The notes under the pieces: generated by a model
The model's input: the letters and a program-made list of their open reading frames with translations, nothing else
Told to the model about the DNA's origin: nothing
Databases searched by the model: none
Position numbers and translations under genes: made by a program
Shown: one piece after another, positions 45,711-56,249 of the stretch
How the letters are laid out: each line of letters starts with the position of its first letter
Numbering within the stretch: the stretch's first letter is position 1
Source: Planctomycetota bacterium
GTDB taxonomy: Bacteria; Planctomycetota; B15-G4
Reading direction: 5' to 3'
Assembly (NCBI GenBank): GCA_965248575.1
Contig: CBDFJQ010000002.1
Span: 736,001-800,000, forward strand
DNA: 64,000 nt

Positions 45711-47729
45711 ATGTCTAGATTCGTTGATCTCTGCGTACATGCCGGTCTTGTCGGGCTGGTCAGCACGTTGCAGCGAGGGCTTGGGCGGCGCCTATTGTTC
45801 GGTGAGTGCGCGCTGATCACCACGCTGCTTGTCGGGCTCAGCGCGCCGGCATGGGCTGCTTCAGATGACGTCGTGCAGGACGAGTGGATGAGGATCCTGC
45901 TCAATGAGGCGCCTTCGGGTTACGTCCACACCGTCATTCGCGAGCTGCCTGACGGAGGGTTCTCGACCTGGGTCGAGACCCGGTTTCGAATGGCACGCAT
46001 GGGGACTGTGCTCGTGATCGCCACCGAGCAGACCCAGCTCGAATCCGCTTCGGGGACCATCTCGAAGATGAGCCACCGCACCTTCCTTTCGAGCGAATCT
46101 GCGGCGACTGCGGTGGTCGTCGGAGATCGCCTGCATATCAGCCAGGAGGAGCCTTCCGGCGCTCGGGAGTATGACGTCAAGTGGGATGCGACCGTGCGGG
46201 GACTGGAGTTCGGGCGACGGGGGCTGACGCAGTGGGTCGCCGATGCTGCTGTTGGAGATGAGTTCCCCTTGCAGACCTTTGAGATGGAGCTGGGGCAGGT
46301 GGCCGTCTCGACCTACCGAGTGCAATCCGTCGCTGGCGACGTGCTCACCCTGCGAACCTCGCTGGATGTCATGCCCGGCATGGTCGAGACTGTCTTGATG
46401 TCCCGCTCAGGCACCGTGAGTTCTCGCGAGATGACGCTCATGGGCATGACCTTTCTCACGGAGGCAGCGAGCAAGCAAGCAGCGCTCGACGCCATGACGT
46501 CCGACGGAGTCGCAGCGGAGGTCTTCGCGACGACTGTCCTTCGGCCGAACCACCCATTGCCTCGGCCCCGCAGCTTGGATCGGGTCCTCTTCCGACTGAA
46601 GGCAAAGGACACGGCGATTCCGTTTCCTGCCTTCGATAGCGAACGACAGCGGGTAATGGACAAAGCGGCGGGGGAGGTCCTGCTCGAGATCCGCCGCGTC
46701 GAAGCTGGTGAGCAAGCGACAGCGCGTGTTTCCGCCGATGCCGACGCGGGAGCTGCTGGTTCGCCTGCGCTGCCTTCCGGGGGGGATCTGGCCGCCAATG
46801 GCACGATTCAATCAGACGATCCTGCCATCCTTGCCTTGGGGCAGGAATTCGTTGGGGACGCCGTGACGGACTGGGACAAGGCCCGGCGCTTGGAGCGTGG
46901 AGTCTTTGAGTACATCGACAAGAAGTCGTTTGGGGTGGCTTTTGCCACTGCGAGCGAGGTGTGCCGCAACCGCAGCGGGGATTGCTCCGAGCATGCGGTG
47001 CTACTCGCAGCCCTGGGCCGATCGCAGGGCATTCCCTCACGGATCGCCATGGGGCTGACGTACGTCGGTGGGATCTTTGGCGGCCACGCCTGGACCGAGA
47101 TGTGGATGGGTGGGCGCTGGGTCGCGTTGGATGGAACCAACGGCCTCGGCTCAGTCGATGCTGCCCACATCCGCTTTGGAGTGAGCGCGCTGTCCGGTCT
47201 CGGCATGGGGGCCGAGATGTACTCCTCGCTGCTTGGCCTCGCCAATCTGGAGATCGAGGTCGTCGAAACCGAGGTGGATGGAACGGTGACGTCCTACGAG
47301 GCTGGAGAGTCCCATCCCTTCGACATCAGCGGAAAGACGCTCACAAGCAACAGCTACGTCTTTCGGGTTGACGCTCCCGCGGGCTTCTCCTGGAGTGAAG
47401 AGAGCCCTCATTGGATGAGCGGCCGTCTGGCTCGAGCCGTCAACGACAAGGGGGATTCGCTCACGATCTACGCTCGGGCCGTGAGTTATGAGTTCGGTGC
47501 TGAGGACCTGGCCAAGACGGATGAGCGAGGACTCATCACCGTCAAGCGCACCGTGAAAGGGCGGTCCGCCGTCTTGGCTGATCGATCCCCTTGGACGCTG
47601 CGCGTCCTGGATCGGGACACCGTCTTTCGCTTCGACATCAGCGTTGCAGATGACGATCTCGCCTTGCAGCTGCTCTCGGAGGTCGCAGATTCCGTCTCCT
47701 TTGATGCAGCGTTGATCTCGCATGACTGA
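45711..47729 (+). CDS. Exported transglutaminase-like domain protein
   Basis: GDCSEHAVLLAALGRSQGIPSR, GHAWTE and WVALDGT Cys-His-Asp triad; signal peptide ending PAWA. Confidence 0.85.
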   Translation: MSRFVDLCVHAGLVGLVSTLQRGLGRRLLFGECALITTLLVGLSAPAWAASDDVVQDEWMRILLNEAPSGYVHTVIRELPDGGFSTWVETRFRMARMGTVLVIATEQTQLESASGTISKMSHRTFLSSESAATAVVVGDRLHISQEEPSGAREYDVKWDATVRGLEFGRRGLTQWVADAAVGDEFPLQTFEMELGQVAVSTYRVQSVAGDVLTLRTSLDVMPGMVETVLMSRSGTVSSREMTLMGMTFLTEAASKQAALDAMTSDGVAAEVFATTVLRPNHPLPRPRSLDRVLFRLKAKDTAIPFPAFDSERQRVMDKAAGEVLLEIRRVEAGEQATARVSADADAGAAGSPALPSGGDLAANGTIQSDDPAILALGQEFVGDAVTDWDKARRLERGVFEYIDKKSFGVAFATASEVCRNRSGDCSEHAVLLAALGRSQGIPSRIAMGLTYVGGIFGGHAWTEMWMGGRWVALDGTNGLGSVDAAHIRFGVSALSGLGMGAEMYSSLLGLANLEIEVVETEVDGTVTSYEAGESHPFDISGKTLTSNSYVFRVDAPAGFSWSEESPHWMSGRLARAVNDKGDSLTIYARAVSYEFGAEDLAKTDERGLITVKRTVKGRSAVLADRSPWTLRVLDRDTVFRFDISVADDDLALQLLSEVADSVSFDAALISHD

Positions 47730-48321
47730 GCTCACCACCTGGGCGGCTGACTCCCCGTTGGATCCGTCCAACTCAGGTAGAGAACAGGTACGTTCCGAGT
47801 CGGAGGAACCCACCTTTGACGGCGTGGAGCGTCCGCTTGCTGACCGCATGCCTCAGTGCGAACGCGCGGGGTGGCGACTGCTTCTGTACATCCTGTTTCC
47901 CGGAGTGGCGCTCGCGTGGTTGGCCATTGAGCGCCCGTCCGGCCTGGCGTGGCTCTGGTTCGCCGTCACCCCGTGGGTGCTTGCCTGGGTGACGCTTCGA
48001 CTCGTGATGTGCTTTGTGCGGCGTTCCTTCGATCGCACCCACTGGTATCTCGCGGCTGACCATGAGATGGATGCGCGCAGCGGTTGGTTGGAAATCCATC
48101 GGGGTGTCTGGTGGCGCAAGGTCATCACCGTCCCCAGGTCACGGGTCCAGCACACCGACGTGACCCAAGGACCCCTGGAACGTCGCTATGGTTTGGCGAC
48201 ACTGGTGATTCACACGGCTGGGACGCATCTCTCCACGGTCCGGCTGAATGGCTTGGCCAAGGGAACGGCAGAGAGTGTGAGGGACCTGCTCATCGAACGC
48301 GAAGCTTCCCGTGTGCCCTGA
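47722..48321 (+). CDS. YdbS-like bPH_2 domain membrane protein
   Basis: RGVWWRK..VPRSRVQHTDVTQGPLERRYGLATL. Confidence 0.85.
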   Translation: MTELTTWAADSPLDPSNSGREQVRSESEEPTFDGVERPLADRMPQCERAGWRLLLYILFPGVALAWLAIERPSGLAWLWFAVTPWVLAWVTLRLVMCFVRRSFDRTHWYLAADHEMDARSGWLEIHRGVWWRKVITVPRSRVQHTDVTQGPLERRYGLATLVIHTAGTHLSTVRLNGLAKGTAESVRDLLIEREASRVP

Positions 48322-50002
48322 GGGCCTAACCGGCGGATCGGGGCAGGAATCCGGCCAGGTTTCGCCGGATGGTCGGGAGGACGCGGCCGCAGCTGCTTCC
48401 GTGCATGCACAGACGGAGCAGGCCGACGAGGTGCGCCGACTGCATCCCTCCTCGCTGCTCTTCCGGCTCGGGGCCAGCATTCGCAGCCTGTTGCTCCCGC
48501 TGATCTTGCTCGTGTTCTTCTCGGGCAAGTCGGAGAGCTTCGCATGGATCGCCTGGCCTGTCGGGGCGTCCATGGCGTACGTGACGCTGCAGTACTTCAC
48601 GCATCGCTATCGCTTCTGTGGCGACGAGCTGGTGGTTTCGGGCGGCATGTTCTTCCGCTTCGAACGGCACATTCCCTACGAGCGTGTCCAGAACATCGAC
48701 GTGACGCAGTCGCTCTTTCACCGCCTGTTCCGCGTAGCTGATGTGAAGGTCGAGACCGCCAGTGGCGCTACCGCCGAAGCACACCTCCAGGTGCTGTCGC
48801 TGTCGGCCATCGAGGAGATGCGGCAGCGAGTGTTCGCCCAGTCGGTGCAACCAAACACAACTGCACCGCAGGCCGAGCACGGCGGGATGCACTCCGAGAC
48901 GTATGACCCGCTTGGATCTTCCGTCCGAGGTCCACAGACGTTGCTGCGCTTGCGGCCTCGGGAGTTGCTGCTCTTCGGTCTCATGTCCAATCGTGGGATG
49001 GCCGTGATCTTGGGCGCGCTCGGCCTGGCCTACGAGTTCGATGTCCTGGATCAGGCGAATATCAAACGCATCGGCAACTGGGGTTCGCAGGCGGCGCCGG
49101 GCCTCTCAACTCTTCTCGAAAGTCAGGCCTTCATCGCCGTTGCCTTCGGGGCTGGTTTGGGGGTGCTTCTCTTGCTTATGCGGCTGCTGTCCGTGGGTTG
49201 GGCCTTTGGGGCCCTGTATGACTTCACGCTCCTGGTGGAAGGTGAAGACCTGCGCACGGAGTGCGGCTTGTTCACCCGCTATTCCGCCACGATTCCGCGG
49301 CGACGTATTCAGGCCGTTACGGTGCAGGAGTCCTGGCTCAACCGCATTGCGGGCTACGTTTCCGTCAAAGTGGACACGGCTGGCGGGAGCCTCTTGGAGG
49401 AGAGCGCTGCAACCCGGCGTTGGGTGGCACCGCTCGTGGCCCGCGATGAGCTTCCAGGATTGCTCGAGGCCTTGCAGCCCGGGGTGACCCGGGCGTCGGG
49501 GCCCTGGAGCACTGTTCATGCGCGGACCGCCTACAGGCTGAGTCGCAAGCGTTGCGTGCTCATCCTGGCAGCGAGCTCGCTCTCTGCGTGGTGGTGGACG
49601 CCCGCCGTGCTTTGGGGCGTCGTACCCGTGTGCCTCTTCGCTGTGTGGGACGCCCGGCGCCGCGCAGCGGCGTTCGGGCATTGCCAAGTGGGCGGTTTCT
49701 TCTCGGCCCGGAGGGGGGTCTGGACCCGGACGACTCGCATGCTGCCCTGCTCTCGCGTCCAGGTGCTTGTGGAGTCGGAGTCTCCGTTCGATCGTCGCTG
49801 GGGGACGCGGACAGTCGGCTTGGACATCGCGGGGACAGGTGAGACGACGCGTGTCCCGTTCCTGAGCGTCGATACTGCGCGTCAGTTGGCGGCAGAGTTG
49901 AATCCGCTCATGAACGATTCGCAGATCCCTGATGTCGCCCGGGATGTCGCCCCTGGCGCCGACCTCGTGGACGGGCCGAGCGAGGGCGTCGACCTCAGTT
50001 GA
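48311..50002 (+). CDS. YdbT-like membrane protein with three bPH_2 domains
   Basis: RLHP, IPYERVQNIDVTQSLFHRLF, IPRRRIQAV; start uncertain. Confidence 0.85.
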   Translation: MCPEGLTGGSGQESGQVSPDGREDAAAAASVHAQTEQADEVRRLHPSSLLFRLGASIRSLLLPLILLVFFSGKSESFAWIAWPVGASMAYVTLQYFTHRYRFCGDELVVSGGMFFRFERHIPYERVQNIDVTQSLFHRLFRVADVKVETASGATAEAHLQVLSLSAIEEMRQRVFAQSVQPNTTAPQAEHGGMHSETYDPLGSSVRGPQTLLRLRPRELLLFGLMSNRGMAVILGALGLAYEFDVLDQANIKRIGNWGSQAAPGLSTLLESQAFIAVAFGAGLGVLLLLMRLLSVGWAFGALYDFTLLVEGEDLRTECGLFTRYSATIPRRRIQAVTVQESWLNRIAGYVSVKVDTAGGSLLEESAATRRWVAPLVARDELPGLLEALQPGVTRASGPWSTVHARTAYRLSRKRCVLILAASSLSAWWWTPAVLWGVVPVCLFAVWDARRRAAAFGHCQVGGFFSARRGVWTRTTRMLPCSRVQVLVESESPFDRRWGTRTVGLDIAGTGETTRVPFLSVDTARQLAAELNPLMNDSQIPDVARDVAPGADLVDGPSEGVDLS

Positions 50003-50981
50003 TCGAGCCGCGCCGCTTCCGGAAGTTCCGGAAGATGGCCTTGGCCAGCTGGATGCGGTAGTTGAGCTTCTCTCGCGTCCTCCAGTACCCCTCGGCACCG
50101 TGCACGAACCCGAACTCAAGGGCAGAGCGGCATGAGGCCACACCCTGGTTGCCACCGAAGTAGGTCCTGCCCTTGCCGATGAAGGAGGCCGAGTGGGCAT
50201 CGCTACTGCCTGTCATCCCGATTCGAACCTGGCGCTTCTGAAGTTGCTCATAGGCTTCGATGTTGTACTTCCGGCCGTAGCCTGGCACGGCGTTGGTGCA
50301 CTCGATGGCGTCGAAGGGGACGCTGTGCACGAGCTCGCCGCACCCGAGCTTCACGTTGAGGAGACGCTCGATGAACGGCGGAGCAAAGGGGTGATGCGCG
50401 ACCGCAAGGCCACCCGCCTCGTGGATCAGGCGCACCGTTTCGGCCGCCGAGAGGTCGGCGGGGATGATCTTTGTGACGAACAGTGCGCCGATGTGCCCGT
50501 CTCGAGAGGAGACTTCCAAGCCCGGGATCACGGCGAAGCGCAGTTTGCGTTCGTGGACGATGCGGCGAGCCTCAAGGGCTCCCTCGATCTCGTCATGATC
50601 GGTGATGGCGATGGCATCGAGGCGCGCCGAAGCCGCCTTCTCGAGCACATTCTCGAGCTTGTCCCCATCGGAATAGTGCGTATGGATGTGCAAGTCGGCG
50701 GTGTTCTGCAGGGTCACCCGCTGCTTGTCCGCAATGCCGGCCATGCGCAGCCCGGGCAGGAAATGTTGCTCGTAGCTGGTGGGTTGCCATGTTTCGAAGG
50801 CTTCGACGCGCTCCAGCTCGATCTCGGCTGCAGCCTCGTACTCGGCAAGCTGCTCAAGATCCTGGACGTACTGGTCCAGCTCGGCCTCGCTGGGCTCGTG
50901 GTGCAGCCCCTGGGGGGAGGGACGCCGGGTTGTGGCTTCGTTGGATGGAGAGGGCATGGCCCCACGTGTATCGGTTGACAT
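49995..50981 (-). CDS. PHP-domain metal-dependent phosphoesterase
   Basis: ADLHIHTHYSDG, AITDHD, GLEVSSRDGH, AHHP, GSSDAH. Confidence 0.88.
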   Translation of the reverse strand: MSTDTRGAMPSPSNEATTRRPSPQGLHHEPSEAELDQYVQDLEQLAEYEAAAEIELERVEAFETWQPTSYEQHFLPGLRMAGIADKQRVTLQNTADLHIHTHYSDGDKLENVLEKAASARLDAIAITDHDEIEGALEARRIVHERKLRFAVIPGLEVSSRDGHIGALFVTKIIPADLSAAETVRLIHEAGGLAVAHHPFAPPFIERLLNVKLGCGELVHSVPFDAIECTNAVPGYGRKYNIEAYEQLQKRQVRIGMTGSSDAHSASFIGKGRTYFGGNQGVASCRSALEFGFVHGAEGYWRTREKLNYRIQLAKAIFRNFRKRRGSIN

Positions 50982-51212
50982 GGTCGCCCTGCTGAAGGCG
51001 CTGCGGCCCGAGCCCCATCTTCGAGGCCTTTCGGAGCTGGGGCGCTGGGGGCGTGAAGTCACGCCGGCCCTGCGGTCGCAGAGTTCCACCTTGGCGACGG
51101 CCCGCTCCGTTCCCTAGACTCGGCGGCGAGGAGCGGCACCGCCGGCGGTCGGTGTAGGACGGGCGCAGCTCCCCACACATGGATCTCGATCACCCCCTTT
51201 TTGAGTGTCACC

Positions 51213-52922
51213 ATGAGCTGGGATGCCGTCATTTTCGACTTCGAGGACACCCTCGTGGACTTGTCCCGAGGCAAGCCGCCCCGCGGGGGGCCGGTCTACT
51301 ACAGCGGCGCCAAGGGTGTGCCACCCGTGACGGACCGCGCCGGCCGACCGGTCGTGGAGGCTCTCTCGCTGCTGGGCGAGGCAGGCATCCCCGTGGCGGT
51401 CATCACCTCCAGCCCGGAAGCCGCCATGCGGCGCTGGTTCCAGGAGCACCAGTTCGCGCTACCGGTCGCCATCATCGGCTTCCATGACACGGTGCTTCAC
51501 CGTCCCTCCCCGCATCCGCTGCTGGAGGCTCTCTCCCAGATGGGCTTGATGCCCAGCGAGCGCGTGCTCGCCGTGGGAGACGACGCAGACGACATCACGG
51601 CAGCGCACCGGGCTGGCGTGACGGCTGGCACGGTCCGCGAGGTGGTCCCGGGGAGCAATCCCCCTGACCTGTTCCTGCCGTACGTCGAGAGCTTCTTCGA
51701 CGATGAGCGCCGGTTCTCGATGATTGGTGACTTCGATCGTCCAGGGCCGTCCGTGTCGCTGCAGCTGGAGTTGCCGGGGCACGTCTGTCGTGTGGGCGGT
51801 GCGCTCACCACGCAGCCGCGGAATCGACTCTCGAGTTTGCTGATGAGTGCCCGCGACGGACAGTGGTCCCGCGAGCTGGTCGACTTGGCCAAGGCCTTGG
51901 TCGACCATGCCATCGGCGCCGACCCCGATGGCGTCGTGCTGACCTGGGTGCCCGCGCGCCAGGGACGTCCCGATGTTCTCAAGACCCTGATGCTCGCTCT
52001 CAAGGAAGAGACTGGGTTGACGGTCTCGCCGCTGTTGCGTTTCCGCAGCGACCCTGGTGAACAGTCTTCGCGCGAACGCGACGTTCGTGCCACCAGCATG
52101 AACGGAACGATGGAGGCGCGGGGCAAGGTCAACCTTGCCGGGCGAACTCTTGTTGTACTCGATGACTCGCGCGGTACGGGCGCGACGCTCGCGGAGGCTG
52201 CTCGCGCCTTGCGCGATGCTGGCGCGACGCGTGTGATCGGACTGGCCCTCGGCCAGGAGGTGCACCGGGCTGATGAACCCCGAGCCGGCTACGGCCCGTT
52301 GGTGACAACAGGTGCGGGCTTCCCAGGATTGTCACGCGTTGATGCGAGCCTCGTGAGCCAGGAGGCGTCCGAGGACGAACAATCCGAAGCGGAGGACAGC
52401 AGCGCTGCCAGTACCGGCACCAGTACCGGTACCAGCGCCGAAACCCGTGCGACCACAGGTGCGAGCAGCAGCGCCGCAGGGGCCAGTTCGGTGGGCGAGG
52501 CTGGGGCAGAGGCCCGCTCCGCTCCGGGCAGCACCCAGGCAGCGCCTGGACCGTCGACGCCACGACCCAACCCGACGGTGGCTCCTCTTTCACGCCCTCG
52601 CCGCCCTGTGAGCCCCACACCCCAGGCACGCGCGGGCTCCCGCGTTGGGCTTCCTCCCATGGAGACGCCGGAGAGTCCCGCTGCGATCAAGCAGAAGTAC
52701 CCCCGGGCGTATCAACGCTGGACGGAAGAAGAAGATGCGTTGCTGCGACGCCTCTACAAGCAAGGCAAGGACCTGCCGACGATGTGTGCCGCCTTGGGGC
52801 GCCAGCTGAAATCCGTGGAGACTCGCATCCGGCGCATCGAGGTGGACATCGACGAGGCTGACTTCCGGGACGATGGCGCCGGGGAGGGCGGAGCTCTCGA
52901 GCAGGGTGCCGGTGAAGCCTGA
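51213..52922 (+). CDS. HAD-like hydrolase + ComF-like phosphoribosyltransferase + Myb-like HTH fusion
   Basis: IFDFEDTL and VGDDADDITAAHRAG (HAD); VVLDDSRGTGATL (PRPP loop); YPRAYQRWTEEEDALL..GRQLKSVETR (Myb-like). Confidence 0.75.
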   Translation: MSWDAVIFDFEDTLVDLSRGKPPRGGPVYYSGAKGVPPVTDRAGRPVVEALSLLGEAGIPVAVITSSPEAAMRRWFQEHQFALPVAIIGFHDTVLHRPSPHPLLEALSQMGLMPSERVLAVGDDADDITAAHRAGVTAGTVREVVPGSNPPDLFLPYVESFFDDERRFSMIGDFDRPGPSVSLQLELPGHVCRVGGALTTQPRNRLSSLLMSARDGQWSRELVDLAKALVDHAIGADPDGVVLTWVPARQGRPDVLKTLMLALKEETGLTVSPLLRFRSDPGEQSSRERDVRATSMNGTMEARGKVNLAGRTLVVLDDSRGTGATLAEAARALRDAGATRVIGLALGQEVHRADEPRAGYGPLVTTGAGFPGLSRVDASLVSQEASEDEQSEAEDSSAASTGTSTGTSAETRATTGASSSAAGASSVGEAGAEARSAPGSTQAAPGPSTPRPNPTVAPLSRPRRPVSPTPQARAGSRVGLPPMETPESPAAIKQKYPRAYQRWTEEEDALLRRLYKQGKDLPTMCAALGRQLKSVETRIRRIEVDIDEADFRDDGAGEGGALEQGAGEA

Positions 52923-53592
52923 GATCGAGGCCGCAGGACCGCGGTATTGCCCGGCTTGCGGCGCACCCGTTGAACGACGCATCCCCCCTGGCGATGACCG
53001 TCCACGAGCGATGTGCACCCAGTGCCCTGGTATCCATTACCAGAACCCGACCACCGTCGTCGGATGCCTGGTGGAGGAAGGCGATGGCGTGCTGCTGTGC
53101 CGGCGTTCCATCGAGCCTCGACACGGCACGTGGACACTTCCCGCCGGCTTCCTGGAGTTGGATGAAGGCTTGGCGGCGGGTGCCCGGCGCGAGACCAGAG
53201 AGGAAGCCTGTCTCGAAGTCGATGTGTTGGCACCACATGCCCTCTTGGACATGCCGCACATCGGGCAAGGCTATGTGCTGTTTCGCGCACGTCGGGCGGC
53301 GGGGGCAGCGGCTGCGAAGCCAGGGCACGAGACGCTCGAGACCGCTGTCTTCGGGTTGACCGAGATCCCCTGGGGGCAGCTTGCGTTCCCTGCCGTGCAC
53401 TTCGCTCTGCAGCTCTATCAGCAGGATCGAAGGAGGCTACAGGCCCGGGTGCACACTGGAGTGCTGCAATGGTTAGGCAGCGGCTCAGGTTTCGAGGCGG
53501 AATCGTACGAACTCACGGAGTACATGGGTGTCCCGATCCTTGCCGACGGGACCGAGCAAGCCGACGGGACCCTCGGTGATGCGACGGCCTAG
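52912..53592 (+). CDS. Zinc-ribbon Nudix hydrolase
   Basis: YCPACG..CTQC..HYQNP; LPAGFLELDE..GARRETREEA Nudix box. Confidence 0.9.
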   Translation: MKPEIEAAGPRYCPACGAPVERRIPPGDDRPRAMCTQCPGIHYQNPTTVVGCLVEEGDGVLLCRRSIEPRHGTWTLPAGFLELDEGLAAGARRETREEACLEVDVLAPHALLDMPHIGQGYVLFRARRAAGAAAAKPGHETLETAVFGLTEIPWGQLAFPAVHFALQLYQQDRRRLQARVHTGVLQWLGSGSGFEAESYELTEYMGVPILADGTEQADGTLGDATA

Positions 53593-56249
53593 AGGCCGAG
53601 GCGATCGCGAACGACATCGAGATCCACCATGGGGTGGACGCGCGGGCGGATGCGGATGGGAGACGGCAAGGGGCCGAACCGCAGCCCGTAGGTGTCAATG
53701 ATCTTGGCCGCCTGTGGCGCACTGTCCAGACCTCGCGCTGAGGCAAGCTCCTCCAGTTCGGCAACCGTCGTAAGGTAGCGTTGCCAAGCTTCCTCGAAAC
53801 GCTCAGCAAGGGCCGGCTGCAGACGGGCCTGTTTGGGTGAGAGGCCGTCAAGATCCTTGGTCGGGAGTTCAGGCCAGGCTCGAAGCACAGCCGCATAGGC
53901 CAGCAAGACCATCCGCTCACGATCTTCGAAGAGAGCGTCAGGGGCGATGCTGGGCTCGATGGGACGCACCCAGATGGGCGTGCTCCACGCCATCTCTCCA
54001 TCTGCCTGGCGCACTCGCAGCATGTACCAGGTGCCGTCCTCGGGGCGCTCGCTCGCAGCGAATGGGATCGAGGCCGTGCTGCCCTCAGGGTCAACCCGCA
54101 GCAGCACCCGGTCGTTCTCGTAGATGGTGACTTCGTCCAGCTCCGCAGTGCCCTCCACGAGGGCGAGGCCGGTGGGGATTCCCTCGTCCGTGATCGTCGA
54201 GCCCATGGGCTCGCCGTTGAGCGTGAACCCGAGCCGGATGCGAGCGCCGGTGGTTGCGTAGGTGCGGCGCTTGCGCAGGGCCTCGAAGATCGAGGGCGCA
54301 TCCAGCGCGTCCGTCAGGACCGCCGTGAGCCCCGAGTCGCCCGGGAAGGTGTAGTGGCTGTCGCTGCTGCCCCCGACTCCAAGCACGCGGCCGCTCTTGA
54401 GCGCGCCGTTCAAGGTGGAGACATGGCCCCTGATCTCGGCGCTACGGTCCGAGGCATAGGCGTCCACATCACGCTCACCGCTCCAGATGGCGTGGACGGA
54501 GCACAGCTCCGTCATGGGCAGGATGTCCGAATCGGGTGGCGATTCGTACCAGTAGTCTGGTGTCGAGAAGTAGTGGTGGCGGATCACGAGCGCATCTTCG
54601 GTGTCGGACTTCAACCGCTCGAGCAGGCGCGTCGGCGTCGGAGTGACCAGATTCGGGATCCATGTCCGACCACCATGGGGCGCCATGTAGGCGTTTCCGT
54701 TGGGCCCCGAGAAGTAGACGTTGAAGTGGGCGGACCAGCCGATGACGAAGGTTGTTTCGTAGCCGGGGATCGTGACGAAGCGGCCGGGCAAGGCGAAGTC
54801 GGCCACCGTCTGATTGAGCGTCTCCCAGCGGCCGTCATCGTGTCCGACATATTCGCCATGATCCGACATCGCGACGAAGTCGAGCCCGGCGACATCTCGG
54901 GCGTAGCCGAGCAACTCCTCGGGCGTGCTGGAGCCGTCGGAGAGCAGCGAGTGGGTGTGGAAGTCGCCGAAGGCGAGCAGCTGCTCGCTTCCCGGCGCTC
55001 TGGTCAGGGGGGCTTGGGCACCGGCTTCGGCGACCACGGACTGCAGGCCCTGGATGTCGTTGGCGGGCGCACCCAGCAAGCGCACGGCGTGCTGCTCGTC
55101 GTCGAGGCTCCTCAGGGTGTTGCCGCTGCTACGTACGATCGCTACGGCTTCGCCGATCTCGAGCCCGAAACGCGTGCCCTCCAGCAGGTTGTCGTCAGCT
55201 CCGTCCATGAGCACGATGCCACGCGCTCCCTGGCCCTTGATCGAATTGCCTGAGAGGTGATTGCCTTGAGCCTGCTTGAGCAGGATGGCCTCGCGCCGAC
55301 AGTTCCGAAAGGTGTTCTCGGCGATGACGTTTCCCCGGGTCAGCACATCGGTGCCGCCGGTGTCCGAGTCGACGTACACCACATCGCCGTATTCGGAGTT
55401 GTCCTTGCCGAAGGGGCTGCGGGTCAGGGCGAGGCCGCGCGCCATGCCGAAGAAGAGATTGTCGCGGATCAGGTTGTCGTTCGTTTGAACGCTGAGCCCG
55501 ATGTCACTGCCCTCGAAGATGTTGCCCACGATCTCGGTCTGGCTGGACCGGCTGTAGAGCACCAGGCCAACCCAACCGGAACGCCGGACGTGGTTCTCGA
55601 CGAAACGGTTCTGGGTGCTGCCCGAGAAGCGCACGGCGTAGATGCTGCCGGAGTCGATCTGGTTGCCGCGGAACAGGTTCTGTCCGCCACCAAAGACACG
55701 GATGGCGCCCGAGAACACCATCCGGTTCTCCAGCACCTGGCAGCGCGAGGAGTCGTTGAGCGTGATAGCGTCCTTGCACTCGGTGAACAGGCTGCGAGTG
55801 ATGGCGACGTCGTTAGCCGAAGCCAACGTGAGCGCCGGACCGTCCAACGTCCGGAAATGGAGATTGTCGATCTCGACGCCGGACGCGGTGACAGTCACAG
55901 GCTGGTGCACCAACGGCCTGGCCTTGTTGCCGTAGCCCAACACAGCCACGCGCTTGTCGATGTTGAACGACTCGGCAACATCCAGAAGCAGGATGATCCG
56001 GTCTCCGTCGCTCGCAGCAGCAAGGGCCTGGGACGGGGTCTCGAATGACTGGCCGGGGACGAAGGTATCCTGCTTGCGGAGCCAGGGCTGCGGCCGGCCC
56101 ACGTAAAGGGTGTCGGCGTGCGCTGGCGTCAGTGCCGCGCTGGCCCAGACGAGCAAGGTCGTGAGCAACCATGGAGTCGCGTGGCTCCGGCGACCGTCAG
56201 TCGCTACTTCCGCGGGCCAAGCCTTGGCTATGTGTAGGAACCGGATCAT
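53589..56249 (-). CDS. Secreted parallel beta-helix (NosD-like) + PHP/CehA-McbA metallohydrolase fusion
   Basis: Signal ending PAHA; repeated N-x-I/F-x-x-N beta-helix turns; FGDFHTHSLLSDG, SDH, GSSDSH, RRTYATTG, AWSTPIWV. Confidence 0.78.
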   Translation of the reverse strand: MIRFLHIAKAWPAEVATDGRRSHATPWLLTTLLVWASAALTPAHADTLYVGRPQPWLRKQDTFVPGQSFETPSQALAAASDGDRIILLLDVAESFNIDKRVAVLGYGNKARPLVHQPVTVTASGVEIDNLHFRTLDGPALTLASANDVAITRSLFTECKDAITLNDSSRCQVLENRMVFSGAIRVFGGGQNLFRGNQIDSGSIYAVRFSGSTQNRFVENHVRRSGWVGLVLYSRSSQTEIVGNIFEGSDIGLSVQTNDNLIRDNLFFGMARGLALTRSPFGKDNSEYGDVVYVDSDTGGTDVLTRGNVIAENTFRNCRREAILLKQAQGNHLSGNSIKGQGARGIVLMDGADDNLLEGTRFGLEIGEAVAIVRSSGNTLRSLDDEQHAVRLLGAPANDIQGLQSVVAEAGAQAPLTRAPGSEQLLAFGDFHTHSLLSDGSSTPEELLGYARDVAGLDFVAMSDHGEYVGHDDGRWETLNQTVADFALPGRFVTIPGYETTFVIGWSAHFNVYFSGPNGNAYMAPHGGRTWIPNLVTPTPTRLLERLKSDTEDALVIRHHYFSTPDYWYESPPDSDILPMTELCSVHAIWSGERDVDAYASDRSAEIRGHVSTLNGALKSGRVLGVGGSSDSHYTFPGDSGLTAVLTDALDAPSIFEALRKRRTYATTGARIRLGFTLNGEPMGSTITDEGIPTGLALVEGTAELDEVTIYENDRVLLRVDPEGSTASIPFAASERPEDGTWYMLRVRQADGEMAWSTPIWVRPIEPSIAPDALFEDRERMVLLAYAAVLRAWPELPTKDLDGLSPKQARLQPALAERFEEAWQRYLTTVAELEELASARGLDSAPQAAKIIDTYGLRFGPLPSPIRIRPRVHPMVDLDVVRDRLGL

